Shown: positions 19,528 through 30,670, counted from the stretch's first letter. The stretch: 64,000 nucleotides of DNA from an uncultured Lachnospiraceae bacterium (GCA_900551235.1 URUU01000003.1:4308-68307); one strand, 5' to 3'. Notes: generated from the sequence alone by a model not told the origin. Numbers and translations are program-made.

Positions 19528-19697
19528 TTTCTTACCATTTTCTTTACTATTAACCTATGCATCTGCTCTGTTTTTAAATCCTTTTTTATTCAAGTTGAAC
19601 CTACATGTGGCCTGCTGCAAAGAGTTTTTTATCTTAGACAGAGATTGGACTTTGATCAAAAAAATGGGACATCCTTATTTCCGATGCCCCATTTTCA

Positions 19698-20099
19698 CTA
19701 TTCTTCTGTTTCTGCTTTTTCTTCTTTGATTTCTTCCTGTGCTTCCCCGGACGAGAAAAATTTTCCGTCTGTGAACTTATTTACAAAATCAGGTACCATA
19801 TCCAGAATCTTCGTAAGGCCATCCTGATTTTTTACATTGACCAGCCTGGTCGTTCCATTCTGGATGACCAGCACAGCACTCGGGCTCATTTTTCCGCCCA
19901 TACCGCCACCACCGTTCTGTTTTTTGTCCTCATTTTTTGCCGTAGCTGCCACACCAAAAGAGACATCTACCAGCGGTAAAATAATCGTATCCCCAACCGT
20001 GATGGCATCTCCTACTACGGTTTTGGTCGTAATAAAACTATCCATTCCTTTAAACAGGGAATTTACGGTTTCCTGGAAATTGTTGTTTTCTGCTGCCAT
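19698..20099 (-). CDS. GerW/YtfJ family sporulation protein
   Basis: TKTVVGDAI...IILPLVDVSFG...GGGGMGGKMSPSAVLVI. Confidence 0.88.
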   Translation of the reverse strand: MAAENNNFQETVNSLFKGMDSFITTKTVVGDAITVGDTIILPLVDVSFGVAATAKNEDKKQNGGGGMGGKMSPSAVLVIQNGTTRLVNVKNQDGLTKILDMVPDFVNKFTDGKFFSSGEAQEEIKEEKAETEE

Positions 20100-20101
20100 G
20101 C

Positions 20102-21061
20102 TCAAGCCCTCCTTAACTGTTTCAAACGTTTCCAATATAGTTTTAACTTTTTATCAAAAAATATTTTTACTGCTGTCTTTGTAATATGAAAAACACGAAT
20201 ATGCCCTGAAAAAGTCAGCTCTCCTTCACAGACCCTGTTTTCAAAATCCGGACAGAGCTGAAGTCCGCTGTACCCTGCCGGAAGAAACAGATAGAGCATT
20301 CCGGTAAATTCCCCGGTGTATGCCGGATCTGAAAATCCATAATGAAGCCTTCCTTTTATCCTGCGCGGCCGGATATGGAAAAGCAGATATCGCAAATGTC
20401 CCTTTAAAATCTGATAAACCTCTCTGCTGAGATCTGAGCCAAAAAAGCCAAGATAATCTTCCATTTTTTCTTTGCTTTTCCGCAATGAGCGAAGCGTTTC
20501 CCGGATATATCTGCATGTATTTCCGATGCGGTCCCGGATCTTCTGTAACGCCCCCTGTATCTTACGCTGCCATCTGCCCCATACGTGACCGGAATGATCT
20601 GGCTTCGGTTCTGAACCTGGCTTCGGTTCCGGGAGTTGTTTTTCTTCTGCAGGGGCATCTTCTTTTTGTATCTGTCTGACTTCTTTTGGCTGCTCTGTTT
20701 TTTTTCTATCCTGCTTCGGTTCCGTTGTTCCCGGTCCCGGTACCTTTTCTTCTGCATTCTGTTGCTTTGCTGCTTCCTGTTCTTCTCCGACAAGCATGAT
20801 TTTTTTATGAAAAATCTTAAGATAACAGTGGAATGTTTCCTTTTCATAAGTTCCACGCACAGTAAGAAGACCGTACAGCCAGTACACGTTTACATATGCC
20901 GCGGCCTCACGCCATGAGGTATCCTTTTTCATATCTGCCCGATATCGGATCGGCAGGAACAGAACTGTAAGCAGAAGCAGCAGCAAAAGCAGCAGAAGCA
21001 CCGCCAGAAGAATCCCTGCTACTTTTAGTATTGTCAAAATGATATGTAACATATCAAGCAC
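20102..21061 (-). CDS. DUF2953-type membrane-anchored protein
   Basis: N-terminal poly-Leu TM, C-terminal YGFSDPAYTG...PDF motif; usual position upstream of ytfJ. Confidence 0.75.
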   Translation of the reverse strand: MLDMLHIILTILKVAGILLAVLLLLLLLLLLTVLFLPIRYRADMKKDTSWREAAAYVNVYWLYGLLTVRGTYEKETFHCYLKIFHKKIMLVGEEQEAAKQQNAEEKVPGPGTTEPKQDRKKTEQPKEVRQIQKEDAPAEEKQLPEPKPGSEPKPDHSGHVWGRWQRKIQGALQKIRDRIGNTCRYIRETLRSLRKSKEKMEDYLGFFGSDLSREVYQILKGHLRYLLFHIRPRRIKGRLHYGFSDPAYTGEFTGMLYLFLPAGYSGLQLCPDFENRVCEGELTFSGHIRVFHITKTAVKIFFDKKLKLYWKRLKQLRRA

Positions 21062-21064
21062 CCG

Positions 21065-21403
21065 TTAAATTCTTTCCTGAAAATTTTTGCTGCATCTGCT
21101 CTTTAAATAGGATCTGATATCTCCGCTTCCAGTCTTATGGTACGTCTCCTCTGCCATCTGTACGATCAGCTCTACCGCCTCATCATATCCCTTTGCAACT
21201 CCGATGATCACAGGCAGTTTTTTCCGCACCGCTCTTCGCTTCAGCCAGGCAGATGAAAGAATGTCAAACTGATCAACTCCATTTGCCGCTTCCGTTATCA
21301 CCCAGACATCTATCTGGCCGGCTCCTGTCTTTAACCGCCTCAGAATTTTATTTTTTTTCTTTGCTGCCCTTTCTCCTATATAAAGATACGGATACCACTT
21401 CAT
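21065..21403 (-). CDS. Conserved hypothetical protein
   Basis: 112-aa ORF with GGGAG RBS, co-oriented with neighbours. Confidence 0.75.
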   Translation of the reverse strand: MKWYPYLYIGERAAKKKNKILRRLKTGAGQIDVWVITEAANGVDQFDILSSAWLKRRAVRKKLPVIIGVAKGYDEAVELIVQMAEETYHKTGSGDIRSYLKSRCSKNFQERI

Positions 21404-21481
21404 GCCATCTCCCCTTTGTAGCCTTTCTCTTTTTATAGTTTACCAAATCCTGTAAAATAATGCAATCGAAAGCACAATTTC

Positions 21482-22117
21482 TTACTGAATTTCCCGTATC
21501 ATGCAGTACTGCTTCAGCGAAAAATTTTTTTCAACTATACCGTAGACTTTAAAGCCGAATCTTTGATAAAATTCTACGTTATTCTGATTATGAGTCTCCA
21601 GTGATATCATCATTTTATGTTCTGCCGCATATCGGATCGTCTCTTCCAGAAGCTTTGCTGCAATGCCATGATGCTGCATTTGAGGACTGACCGCCAGATA
21701 GATCACATGCAGACGGCTGTCCTGATGGAGCTGATCTGTCCAGTTTGAATTAAGATAATCCCCACCTTTGATAAAATTATAAAAAGTATGCAGGGATGGG
21801 TCTTCTTTTATAAGAAATCCATCCGTATGTAAAACTGCTTTTGCTTCCGTATAAAGAAACCGGAATATATTGCATGATTTTGTCTCATCTGATACGACCA
21901 GAACGCTGTTCAGATCCTCGCTGTCTGAAAAAATCTCACAGGTTTCATAAAACTCATCCATATCGCAGTGAAACAGTTCCGGCATCAGTTTTTTTCTTAT
22001 CTGTGTATCCGGTATCAGAGTTTCGTAAAGCGGATCATGCGCAAAACACAGGTTTAAAAGCTTTTCCAGTTTCGGCAGATCCTTTTTCTGCACGCGGTAT
22101 AAATTATCACTGTCCAT
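21482..22117 (-). CDS. GNAT family N-acetyltransferase
   Basis: YLAVSPQMQHHGIAAKLL and LET...NVEFYQRFGF motifs. Confidence 0.88.
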   Translation of the reverse strand: MDSDNLYRVQKKDLPKLEKLLNLCFAHDPLYETLIPDTQIRKKLMPELFHCDMDEFYETCEIFSDSEDLNSVLVVSDETKSCNIFRFLYTEAKAVLHTDGFLIKEDPSLHTFYNFIKGGDYLNSNWTDQLHQDSRLHVIYLAVSPQMQHHGIAAKLLEETIRYAAEHKMMISLETHNQNNVEFYQRFGFKVYGIVEKNFSLKQYCMIREIQ

Positions 22118-22154
22118 AATATTCTTTTCTATTTCCCTTTCTTTCTCTTAAGTT

Positions 22155-24173
22155 TTACAGATAATATCTGGTAATCGTTTCTGTGATCACATCGATTGCA
22201 TGTTCCAGATTCTGGTACTGCTTTTCACATACCATTTCCAGACAGCTGATTTCTTCTTCAAAATCAACGGCACCGCTTCTTTCTTCTGCCAGAAGCTGAC
22301 GTACCAGACGGTACAGTTTTTCATGTTCCGGTATCCTTCCATATCCCCATTTCAGCCGTTCTCTTGGCTGATGGAATACATAGTCCGTAAAATGATCGTA
22401 CACGTCTTCATCAAACATAAATGCATAGGCATGATTGTCTACCTGATAAAGTCTTCCAAGTGCCTCTGATACAGCACCTTCCTTTAATTCCCGTATACTC
22501 TGCTCCAGCAGACGGATATTTCTCGAAAAAATCTCATGCGGATACAGAACATTTCCATACCAGTCCATCCGGACAAACGTATCCTGCTCTTTTTTAAATT
22601 TTTGAAGCTGTCTTTTTTCCTGTGCCTTCTGCTGCAAAAAAAACTGTTCTGCTTCCTGCAATTTCCCCTTTTCCAGAAGTTCCCGGTATATTTCATTCTG
22701 CCTGGAAAGAAAACGATACTCTTTTTCTGCTTTTTCTTCTGCCTTCTGAAGCAGATCTTTCAGCCGATCGGCTTTCTGAAACAGTACTTTTCTTTCCCCG
22801 ACCTGCGTACAGACAGAAGAAAGGCTTTCTTTGGCACGCTTCATGACCGGTGCAAAACACAGCGGAACAACTGCCGTCTGATCCAGCGCACAGATCAGCA
22901 GTGCAAACAGCTCATGATGCAGGCGGTATACCTGCTCATCATAATAATCATCATTATCAAACTGTGAATGATAATGTGTCTCCATAAAACTTCCGCCCGT
23001 AAAATCATTGACCATGGATGGAATTCCCGCGATCGCCATGGAAAAATCATCAGACCAGGTCTCGATCGGCGCAGTGATCCTTGTCTCCTCCGGATATGCC
23101 TGTGTCAGAAGCGGAAGGTTCATCAGAAATTCTTCCAGATAAGGTACATACTCATAACAACTGCGTATCCTGGCCCTTGTCCCATGTGCCAGTGCCGGAA
23201 GTTCAAAATTGAGATCTGCGATCACTTTTCCAACCCATTCCGGATGCGCCGTAAATACCTGCTCGTAAGCACCTGCCGACCAGTCAAAATCAGAATCGAT
23301 CACGCCCCATTCTTCTGCTGCCATTGCACAGAATACAATGGTATTGTTTGGCTGAAAGCCGCCTGCAAGAAATGCCCTCGCAATACCAAACATCATGGCA
23401 ACTGCCGTGTTGTCATCCTGAAAACCGCTGAAATAGGAATCATAATGTGCAGATAAAAGAACCATCCGCTCCGGATGTTTCCCCGGAATGCAGCCGCGGA
23501 TGTTGTAGGTAGTACAATCACGATAAACCCGGCTGTCCGCATCAAAGAAGACTTCCAGTTCTTCTTTGTCTTTCAGCAGATTTTTAAGAATCACCGCATC
23601 CTTTCTGGAAATTGAAAAAGCCGGTGCATCGGACGGTCCTGCGATATCCTGGGCATTTAACGCTTCACTGTCAATCTCTGCATATCCGCCATCCTGCACT
23701 GCGATCAGGGCTTTTGCACCTTTTAAATGTGCCTGATAAACCGGATAATTGATCCACCACTCATCCCGCTGATTGATATCCGCCAGAACCAGCTTTCCTT
23801 CGACATCATGCCCTTCGTAATCTTTTTCCGTTCCTTTTCCCAGATAGACCAGTGAAAATTTTTCAAACCCATCCGTCTTAAAATTCGTCTGATAAGCTCC
23901 GAGCTGAAATTCGAAGCGCTGCTGATCTGTTTCAACAACCATCACTGCTTTCTTAAATTCCCAGCCATCTACTGTCACTGCATCTTTGCAGACATCCGAC
24001 AGACCGATGGCTTTCATTTCCCGGTACAGCATCTCTCCGGTCTCAAATTCTGCCTTTGAACCCGCCGGGCGGTATCCCAGTACTTCATTGGAACGGAATT
24101 TTTCCATCCTTCTTGCCAGTTGATAAGAATATTCAATGTCCAGTTTTTTCAGAATCTCTTCCTGCATATGCAT
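22155..24173 (-). CDS. M28 family metallopeptidase with PA domain
   Basis: SAHYDS, QDDNTA, AAEEWG, SDDFS and YHSQFD zinc-ligand motifs. Confidence 0.85.
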   Translation of the reverse strand: MHMQEEILKKLDIEYSYQLARRMEKFRSNEVLGYRPAGSKAEFETGEMLYREMKAIGLSDVCKDAVTVDGWEFKKAVMVVETDQQRFEFQLGAYQTNFKTDGFEKFSLVYLGKGTEKDYEGHDVEGKLVLADINQRDEWWINYPVYQAHLKGAKALIAVQDGGYAEIDSEALNAQDIAGPSDAPAFSISRKDAVILKNLLKDKEELEVFFDADSRVYRDCTTYNIRGCIPGKHPERMVLLSAHYDSYFSGFQDDNTAVAMMFGIARAFLAGGFQPNNTIVFCAMAAEEWGVIDSDFDWSAGAYEQVFTAHPEWVGKVIADLNFELPALAHGTRARIRSCYEYVPYLEEFLMNLPLLTQAYPEETRITAPIETWSDDFSMAIAGIPSMVNDFTGGSFMETHYHSQFDNDDYYDEQVYRLHHELFALLICALDQTAVVPLCFAPVMKRAKESLSSVCTQVGERKVLFQKADRLKDLLQKAEEKAEKEYRFLSRQNEIYRELLEKGKLQEAEQFFLQQKAQEKRQLQKFKKEQDTFVRMDWYGNVLYPHEIFSRNIRLLEQSIRELKEGAVSEALGRLYQVDNHAYAFMFDEDVYDHFTDYVFHQPRERLKWGYGRIPEHEKLYRLVRQLLAEERSGAVDFEEEISCLEMVCEKQYQNLEHAIDVITETITRYYL

Positions 24174-24293
24174 CTTTGTATCTCCTTTTTTCTGAATTCA
24201 AGTCGAACACATGCGAATTTCTCCGACTAAGATGAAAAGGGGAGCCTTCGGTATTCCGAGACCCCCTTCCATCTTCCTTGGTGCAGTAATTTG

Positions 24294-24746
24294 TCAAAAA
24301 TATTTTTTGCTGCCCCAGAGATTTCTTTTTTTCAGATCCAGATATTCATTGTATGCTTTTTCCAGAATAGCCTTTTCATTGGAAAACTTCAGCAAATGGT
24401 ATGCCTCATGATACTTGTAATATCCGGAATCTACAAAATATTCTTCTCTCTGCGGTCTGCTGTAATAACTGTCCGCCATCATCAGATACCAGTGTACATC
24501 CTTTGAAACCATGTCTTCCGGAACGTTAAATGTATACTGACTCTTTCCGACATATTTTATAATGGAAGCATCTACACCTGTTTCCTCCAGCACTTCCCTG
24601 GCAGCGGTATCTTTAAACTCTTCGCCAGCTTCTACAGTTCCTTTCGGCAACACCCAGCCTTCGTATTTGTTCTTGTAACTTTTATACAAAAGCAGGATCT
24701 TCCCACGAAAGATTACCACACCGCCACAGCTCGTTGCCTCGATCAT
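24294..24746 (-). CDS. NUDIX hydrolase
   Basis: PKGTVEAGEEFKDTAAREVLEETG Nudix box. Confidence 0.93.
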   Translation of the reverse strand: MIEATSCGGVVIFRGKILLLYKSYKNKYEGWVLPKGTVEAGEEFKDTAAREVLEETGVDASIIKYVGKSQYTFNVPEDMVSKDVHWYLMMADSYYSRPQREEYFVDSGYYKYHEAYHLLKFSNEKAILEKAYNEYLDLKKRNLWGSKKYF

Positions 24747-24828
24747 TGCAATTCCTCCTGTATGCGTTGTGTCTGAAACTGGTTTCAGTATAACCCTTTT
24801 TCACTTTGAGTGCAAGCCATATTTCTTT

Positions 24829-26400
24829 TTACTGCTGATACTGCAGCTCATACCACCATTTGTCAAAGACCATCTTGGCTGCCGGTACAGCCGATGCACT
24901 TCCTGCCCCGCCGTCCTCAATGATCACGCTGATGGCAAGTTTGGGATTTTCTGCATCGAGATATCCGGTAAACCAGGAATGCGTACCTTCCACCCCGCCC
25001 TCGGAACCAAATTCCGCGGAACCGGTTTTTCCTGCTGCAGTATAGGCTTCCCCTGAAATCTTTCGTGCTGTACCATCCGTAACGACTTTTTTCATGAAGC
25101 CGGAAATAATCTCCACTTCTTCATCACTCATCAGTTCTTTGTATTTTACCGGTTTATACTGTTTCACTACATCTCCGTCATACGTCTCGATATGATCAAT
25201 ATAATATGGGTTCATCATCACTCCTCCGTTTGCCACGGTTGCTGAAACAAGCGCCATCTCAAACGGTGATACCACAGTGTCCCCCTGTCCTATGCCTGTC
25301 ATCATTTCTTCTCCGTAAGATGCACTTTCTGAAAGTCGGAAAAGACTCTGGCTTGATGGCAGATCGATCGGCAGATCCTTGTTAAACAAAAAGGATTCGC
25401 AGAGTTTTCTGAAAGACGCATTGTCCACATCCATACCAATCTGTGCAAAAGCACCATTGCAGGAATCACGAAATGCGGATTCCAGATCCTCGTATCCATG
25501 CACTTCTCCTTCATAGCAGGTGATCCGTACATCCTCCCTGGAAATGCTTCCGTCACAGTTGTAACTGAAATTCTGGTAGTCGTCCGGATGTTCCCGGATA
25601 TATTCCAGTGCAGTCAGGATCTTGAATGTTGATCCCGGCGGATACTGTCCCTGCAGTGCACGGTTGAACAGAGAACTGTTGCTGCTGTCATTGATCAGGC
25701 TGTCCCAGTCCTGCTCGATCGTATTCGGATCAAAATCCGGTTTGGATACCATCGCCAGGATCTTTCCGGTAGACGGCTCGATCACTACGATCGCCCCTTT
25801 GTTGTCACCAAGCGCCTCATAACAGACTTCCTGCAGGGCAGAATTCAGTGTCAGTACCAGACTGTCTCCCTGTACCTTAGTGTCAAGCTTCTGCTCACGG
25901 ATCTGATCAAGGATCGATGCATGGCTGTTTGCCAGGTCATAATTGTGTACGGATTCAATGCCGGATTTGCCATTGGTCGCATAACCGACCACATGGGCAA
26001 ACAGGTTGTTGTACGGATAACTGCGGCTTTCGGTCCCATCCTCTGCAACATCCGTCTTTGCCAGCACATTTCCATCCGCTGAATAAATGTTCCCGCGTAT
26101 GATCTGTTCCTGATAAACTGCCTGTTTTGTATTATATTGATTATTATTGATATCATCACGCAGCACTATGTTGAAATAGATCAGATAACCTGCCATTGAC
26201 AAAAACAATGCCACCATAAAATAGCTGACACGTACCAGATCCTTGTTTTTCTGACGGCGGGTGCGTTCCTCCTCTTCTTCATCGAAATACTCCGGCTCTG
26301 CATAGGACTGTTGCCTGGAGGTACCATCTTTCTCCTTCTTCCAGCCTTTGCGTTTAGTACTGCCCGTATCCCTGCTGTCCTTCGTAATATTCTTCCTCAT
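24829..26400 (-). CDS. Class B penicillin-binding protein (transpeptidase)
   Basis: GSTFK, SCN and KTG active-site motifs; single N-terminal TM; start uncertain (26400-26418). Confidence 0.92.
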   Translation of the reverse strand: MRKNITKDSRDTGSTKRKGWKKEKDGTSRQQSYAEPEYFDEEEEERTRRQKNKDLVRVSYFMVALFLSMAGYLIYFNIVLRDDINNNQYNTKQAVYQEQIIRGNIYSADGNVLAKTDVAEDGTESRSYPYNNLFAHVVGYATNGKSGIESVHNYDLANSHASILDQIREQKLDTKVQGDSLVLTLNSALQEVCYEALGDNKGAIVVIEPSTGKILAMVSKPDFDPNTIEQDWDSLINDSSNSSLFNRALQGQYPPGSTFKILTALEYIREHPDDYQNFSYNCDGSISREDVRITCYEGEVHGYEDLESAFRDSCNGAFAQIGMDVDNASFRKLCESFLFNKDLPIDLPSSQSLFRLSESASYGEEMMTGIGQGDTVVSPFEMALVSATVANGGVMMNPYYIDHIETYDGDVVKQYKPVKYKELMSDEEVEIISGFMKKVVTDGTARKISGEAYTAAGKTGSAEFGSEGGVEGTHSWFTGYLDAENPKLAISVIIEDGGAGSASAVPAAKMVFDKWWYELQYQQ

Positions 26401-27712
26401 CAAATGGATCATCCTCATCTTTTCTTAATATATATAGTCCCTGTATCACCGAGAACATGATCAGCGTGCTGAGCATCGAACTTCCTCCGGAACTGACAAA
26501 CGGAAGTGTGACACCGGTCATTGGAATCATCTTCATGGAACCGCCGATCGTCAGAAATACCTGGATTGCATACGTGCAGGCAAGTCCAAGTGCCACATAC
26601 CTGTAAAAATCATTTGTCATCTTCATCGCAATGTTGACAAACATGATAAAACAGCTCATACAGATTAGAACCGTGCAGATGCAGAAAATGCTGCCCATCT
26701 CCTCTGCGATCGCCGCAAACATAAAGTCCTGATCCACATATGGGATTTCCGTCGGGGAACCCTGATACAGCCCGGTGCCAAACCAGCCGCCGGCCGCGAT
26801 CGCAAACAGTGCCTGTGCTACCTGATAGCCGCTTCCTTCATATACACTGAACGGATCTTTCCAGATCTGCACACGCACACGCACATGGGAAAACAGGAAA
26901 TAAGAAGCAATGGCTGCCACCGCAAAAGCGCCAAAACCAAGTGCAAGCCATTTCCAGTCTCTTGTCGCCACAAAAAGCATGATCAGATACGTCATAAAAT
27001 AGATCAGTGCACTTCCAAGGTCCGTGGAGATCACCAGGATCAGCACATGTACGGCCGCCAGTACCGTAGTCCTGACAATCTGTGCAAAGTCGGTGGACTT
27101 TGACAACATGCCGGCAATGCAGAAGACATAAATAATCTTGACAAATTCGGATGGCTGAAGTGTGATGCCGCCCACGGTCAGTGCAAGTTTTGCTCCGTTT
27201 GTCACCGTTGCCATCACAGCAACCGCCACCAGAAGCCCGATGCCAAGAATGGCATAGACTACTGCAAATTTCGTGATAAATTTCAGCTTGCTGATCAGCC
27301 ATGGTACGATCAGTGCAATGACTGTTCCGATCACACAGATCTTAAACTGTTTAACCGATTGATCATAGGATAATCTGGTTACCATGATAAAACCGATTGT
27401 GATCAGCATACACATGTTATTAATCGCAAGTTTTGATGCTTTCGGATACAAATGCCTGAAAAAGATCAGCGTCGCTGCCAGATACAGTGCCTGCTCACCG
27501 TAAAAGAGCAGGATCTGTGCCTGGTCCATCTGTAAATACAGCACCATAAATGCCACAAAATGAATACAGAACATCACGATATTCTGTCTCAGGAAAAGGA
27601 ATTCCCTGGCTGCCTCGCTCCGCTTTGCAAAAATCAGGATACTTTGCAGCGTATAGATTCCCATTAAAACAATTAAAACGTATTTTGAAAATTCTACTAT
27701 CAGTTTATCCAA
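26354..27712 (-). CDS. FtsW/RodA/SpoVE SEDS protein
   Basis: LQPSEFVK, DLG, GYQ, IAEEMG and GVTLPFVSSGGSS motifs. Confidence 0.93.
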   Translation of the reverse strand: MDKLIVEFSKYVLIVLMGIYTLQSILIFAKRSEAAREFLFLRQNIVMFCIHFVAFMVLYLQMDQAQILLFYGEQALYLAATLIFFRHLYPKASKLAINNMCMLITIGFIMVTRLSYDQSVKQFKICVIGTVIALIVPWLISKLKFITKFAVVYAILGIGLLVAVAVMATVTNGAKLALTVGGITLQPSEFVKIIYVFCIAGMLSKSTDFAQIVRTTVLAAVHVLILVISTDLGSALIYFMTYLIMLFVATRDWKWLALGFGAFAVAAIASYFLFSHVRVRVQIWKDPFSVYEGSGYQVAQALFAIAAGGWFGTGLYQGSPTEIPYVDQDFMFAAIAEEMGSIFCICTVLICMSCFIMFVNIAMKMTNDFYRYVALGLACTYAIQVFLTIGGSMKMIPMTGVTLPFVSSGGSSMLSTLIMFSVIQGLYILRKDEDDPFDEEEYYEGQQGYGQY

Positions 27713-27720
27713 TCTCTCAC

Positions 27721-30096
27721 CTACTCTACTCCTCGTTTGTAGTGTCCTCTTGTAAACGCATATCCAGGCTGATATGTACCGTCTCCGTAAACATATTCCT
27801 TTACAAAGCCATTTACGATCCCTGCTGCTTCTTCTTTTGTTTCGGTCGTAAAAGCAAGCCTCAGTGTCCCGGCATCAAGCTTCTTTACTTCCTGTGAGAT
27901 GCCGTGCAGGGAAACCGGCACCGTGTTATAGATCACATTGTAACACTGCGTGCAGCAGTTTTTCACCGGAAACACATTTCCCAGACGATCCTGCAGGCTG
28001 TGCAGGCCCGGTTGTTTTGTGCATCTGCCGGCTGTCTTTTGCAGACACTGCACCGAAGTCATGACAGGAAGCCTTCCATAGATCAGAAGCTCATCCCCTT
28101 CGCATCCCCGCCTGTGCAGTTCTTTGAAATTCAGCTCTGCCGGGCATACGGTAAAGTCTGCCCCCAGTTTTTTCAGAAGTGATTTTGCATCCTGGTTGAA
28201 ACTGTAAACGTTATAATCAGATGCCCATGCTCCTTTGTAATCCTGCCTCTGAAGACAGGCGATCTGTTCCGGATTTTTTACCAGTACACCGTCAAAACAG
28301 GCCAGAAGGTCTTTCATCTGTGCCTCCCAGCGCAGCGCATCTTTTTCACGGAACAGATGTGGGAACACATACCACAGCTCCTTATTCTTTGCCCTGCATT
28401 TTCCTGCCATCTGCCGGATACAGTCACAGTTTTCAAGAGAAAGAAAACATTTGCTGTCAAGATAGATTCTTTCGATCTCCGTGATCTCTGTCAGACTTTC
28501 CAGCAAAGATAGATCTTCCACAGAAACCACCAGGCGGTTTCTTTTTGCCGCAGTCGTATTTTTGTCGTTCTGTGCGGCTGCCGCAGAAGTTCCGGTGTGT
28601 TCTCTTTGCGCATACCTCCGTTTATACGGTGCCAGCCGTCTTTGATCCAGCTCTTCCAGTGCCAGCCTGCGCAGTTCATTGATGCTCTGCATAGGCAGAA
28701 AACAGCTTCCCTTAAGGACAATATCCAGCTTTTCAAAGGCATACGAGGAATTGCCCGTTTTCAGCATCTGCCTGCGGATACGTTCTTCCTGTATCGGCTG
28801 ATTCTGTGCAGTCTGCACGGCTGCTCCTTCTCTGGAAACCTCATAAGTCCCATCCGGTCCGGTATAAGTCACCGACAGTATAGCAGGTTTTCCTTCCAGA
28901 ATCATTAACTTGCCCTTAATTTTTTCATAGAGCGTCTTTCCGGTATAGGTCTCTTCCAGACGTTTCATAAGCGGTGCACAGTAAGTACGGTGAAAAACCG
29001 CCCCCTGTTTTTGTTTTTTCGCATCCCGCAGCTTCAGAGAAAAAATTTTCCCTTTTTTGATATCTGTCGTAAGCGTGGCCGACTCCAGCATATCACCTGC
29101 ATACAAAGTCTCCAGTGCCCGAAAAGATGCCTGCCCGCCTTTTTTCTGTTCCAGCAGAACGGCACCTTCTGTCCCGTAATGATTCTGCCGTTTAACGGAC
29201 ATCATCGATATACCATTATAACGCCGGTAATAGCCTGTGGAAAAACCGCCGCGATTATACAGATCCATCAGTTCCTGGATATCCTGTCTGTCCACCTGAT
29301 AGTATTCCCTGCCTTTTTTCTTATATAAATCTACATATTTGCGGTACATAGCTGAAACACCGGCTGTATATTCCGTCCGTTTCATCCGTCCCTCAATCTT
29401 CAGAGAATCCACACCTGATTCCAGAATATCCGGCAGGATCTCCAGGGTACAGATATCCTTCGGGCTGAGATAAAACTGCTCCGGTCCGTTTTCATAGCGG
29501 TAAGGCAGCCGGCATGGCTGTGCACAGCGTCCGCGGTTTCCGCTCCTTCCCCCGATCATGCTGCTCATCAGGCACTGACCGGAATAACTGTAACACAATG
29601 CCCCATGAACAAAACATTCGATCTCCAGGGCGGTTTCCCTGCGGATCTTTGCAATCTCTTCCAGCGAGATTTCCCTTGCCGGAACGACACGGACTGCTCC
29701 GAGGCGTTCGATCTGTTTTGCCCCGTCCGCAGAATGTATGGACATCTGCGTGCTGGCGTGCAGATCCAGCTCCGGAAACTCCTGCTTCAAAAGAGACAAT
29801 GCCCCCAGATCCTGTACGATCACCGCATCCAGTCCTGCTTCATAAAACGGTGTAAGCCAGTGCACAAGCTCCGGAAGTTCCTGTGGTTTCATCAACGTAT
29901 TGACCGTCAGATATAACTTTTTCTTATGTAAATGGCAGTACTCTATGCAGGCAGTCAGCTCTTCATCTGACAGATTGCTGGCATAGGCTCTTGCACCAAA
30001 CATCCTGCCTCCTGTGTATACCGCATCTGCACCGGCATACAGTGCTGCTTTTAATCCCTCCAGAGAGCCTGCCGGGGCCAGAACTTCTGTTTCCAC
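27721..30096 (-). CDS. U32 family protein with DUF3656 (RlhA-like RNA hydroxylation)
   Basis: EVLAPAG, HASTQ, CYSYSGQC...NRGRCAQPCR and KIEGR motifs. Confidence 0.9.
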   Translation of the reverse strand: METEVLAPAGSLEGLKAALYAGADAVYTGGRMFGARAYASNLSDEELTACIEYCHLHKKKLYLTVNTLMKPQELPELVHWLTPFYEAGLDAVIVQDLGALSLLKQEFPELDLHASTQMSIHSADGAKQIERLGAVRVVPAREISLEEIAKIRRETALEIECFVHGALCYSYSGQCLMSSMIGGRSGNRGRCAQPCRLPYRYENGPEQFYLSPKDICTLEILPDILESGVDSLKIEGRMKRTEYTAGVSAMYRKYVDLYKKKGREYYQVDRQDIQELMDLYNRGGFSTGYYRRYNGISMMSVKRQNHYGTEGAVLLEQKKGGQASFRALETLYAGDMLESATLTTDIKKGKIFSLKLRDAKKQKQGAVFHRTYCAPLMKRLEETYTGKTLYEKIKGKLMILEGKPAILSVTYTGPDGTYEVSREGAAVQTAQNQPIQEERIRRQMLKTGNSSYAFEKLDIVLKGSCFLPMQSINELRRLALEELDQRRLAPYKRRYAQREHTGTSAAAAQNDKNTTAAKRNRLVVSVEDLSLLESLTEITEIERIYLDSKCFLSLENCDCIRQMAGKCRAKNKELWYVFPHLFREKDALRWEAQMKDLLACFDGVLVKNPEQIACLQRQDYKGAWASDYNVYSFNQDAKSLLKKLGADFTVCPAELNFKELHRRGCEGDELLIYGRLPVMTSVQCLQKTAGRCTKQPGLHSLQDRLGNVFPVKNCCTQCYNVIYNTVPVSLHGISQEVKKLDAGTLRLAFTTETKEEAAGIVNGFVKEYVYGDGTYQPGYAFTRGHYKRGVE

Positions 30097-30168
30097 AAAA
30101 CACCTCCTGATTTCTGTTAAAAGAAAGAAAAAGGCTGGCAGGCTATGTGCCGTTCCAACCTTTTCTGA

Positions 30169-30570
30169 TTATTTTTTTCCAAGCTGCGTTTCCAGTCTGA
30201 CAATCTGCTTCTGATATTCTGACACGCTTTCTTTCAATGCTGCAAGCTCTTTCGCACCATCTTCCAGCCTGATCTGTGCACCGATCAGCTCATGTTTGAG
30301 ATCGTACAGCTCCTGGTCTTTCTGCGTAAGCTCGTCCTCGATCATCTCAACCTGTTTTTTGGCTTTAAAATAATCATCTGCAACGTTTAACTCCAGCAGT
30401 ATGCTTTTATTTTCCTGGGACAGCCTTCCGTATCCGTCCAGTTTTTTCAGTTCTGCCAGTTTGTTGTTGATATATGTGGCAACCCGCTGCAGATATTCTT
30501 CGCTTTCATATCCGCTAAGGGTATAGATCTTCCCATCAATGAGTACTTCCGTTTTGTTCTTGGATGACAT
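30169..30570 (-). CDS. zapA: Cell division protein ZapA
   Basis: EVLIDGKIYTL...YLQRVATYIN, then a long coiled coil. Confidence 0.85.
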   Translation of the reverse strand: MSSKNKTEVLIDGKIYTLSGYESEEYLQRVATYINNKLAELKKLDGYGRLSQENKSILLELNVADDYFKAKKQVEMIEDELTQKDQELYDLKHELIGAQIRLEDGAKELAALKESVSEYQKQIVRLETQLGKK

Positions 30571-30670
30571 CCTGTGTGCTTCCTCTCTTTCGGTAATTTC
30601 TTTCCGTATGATCTCTCTTTATTATAACCTCATATCCCTGTTCTTTACAAGAGAATATTACAATTCTTTT

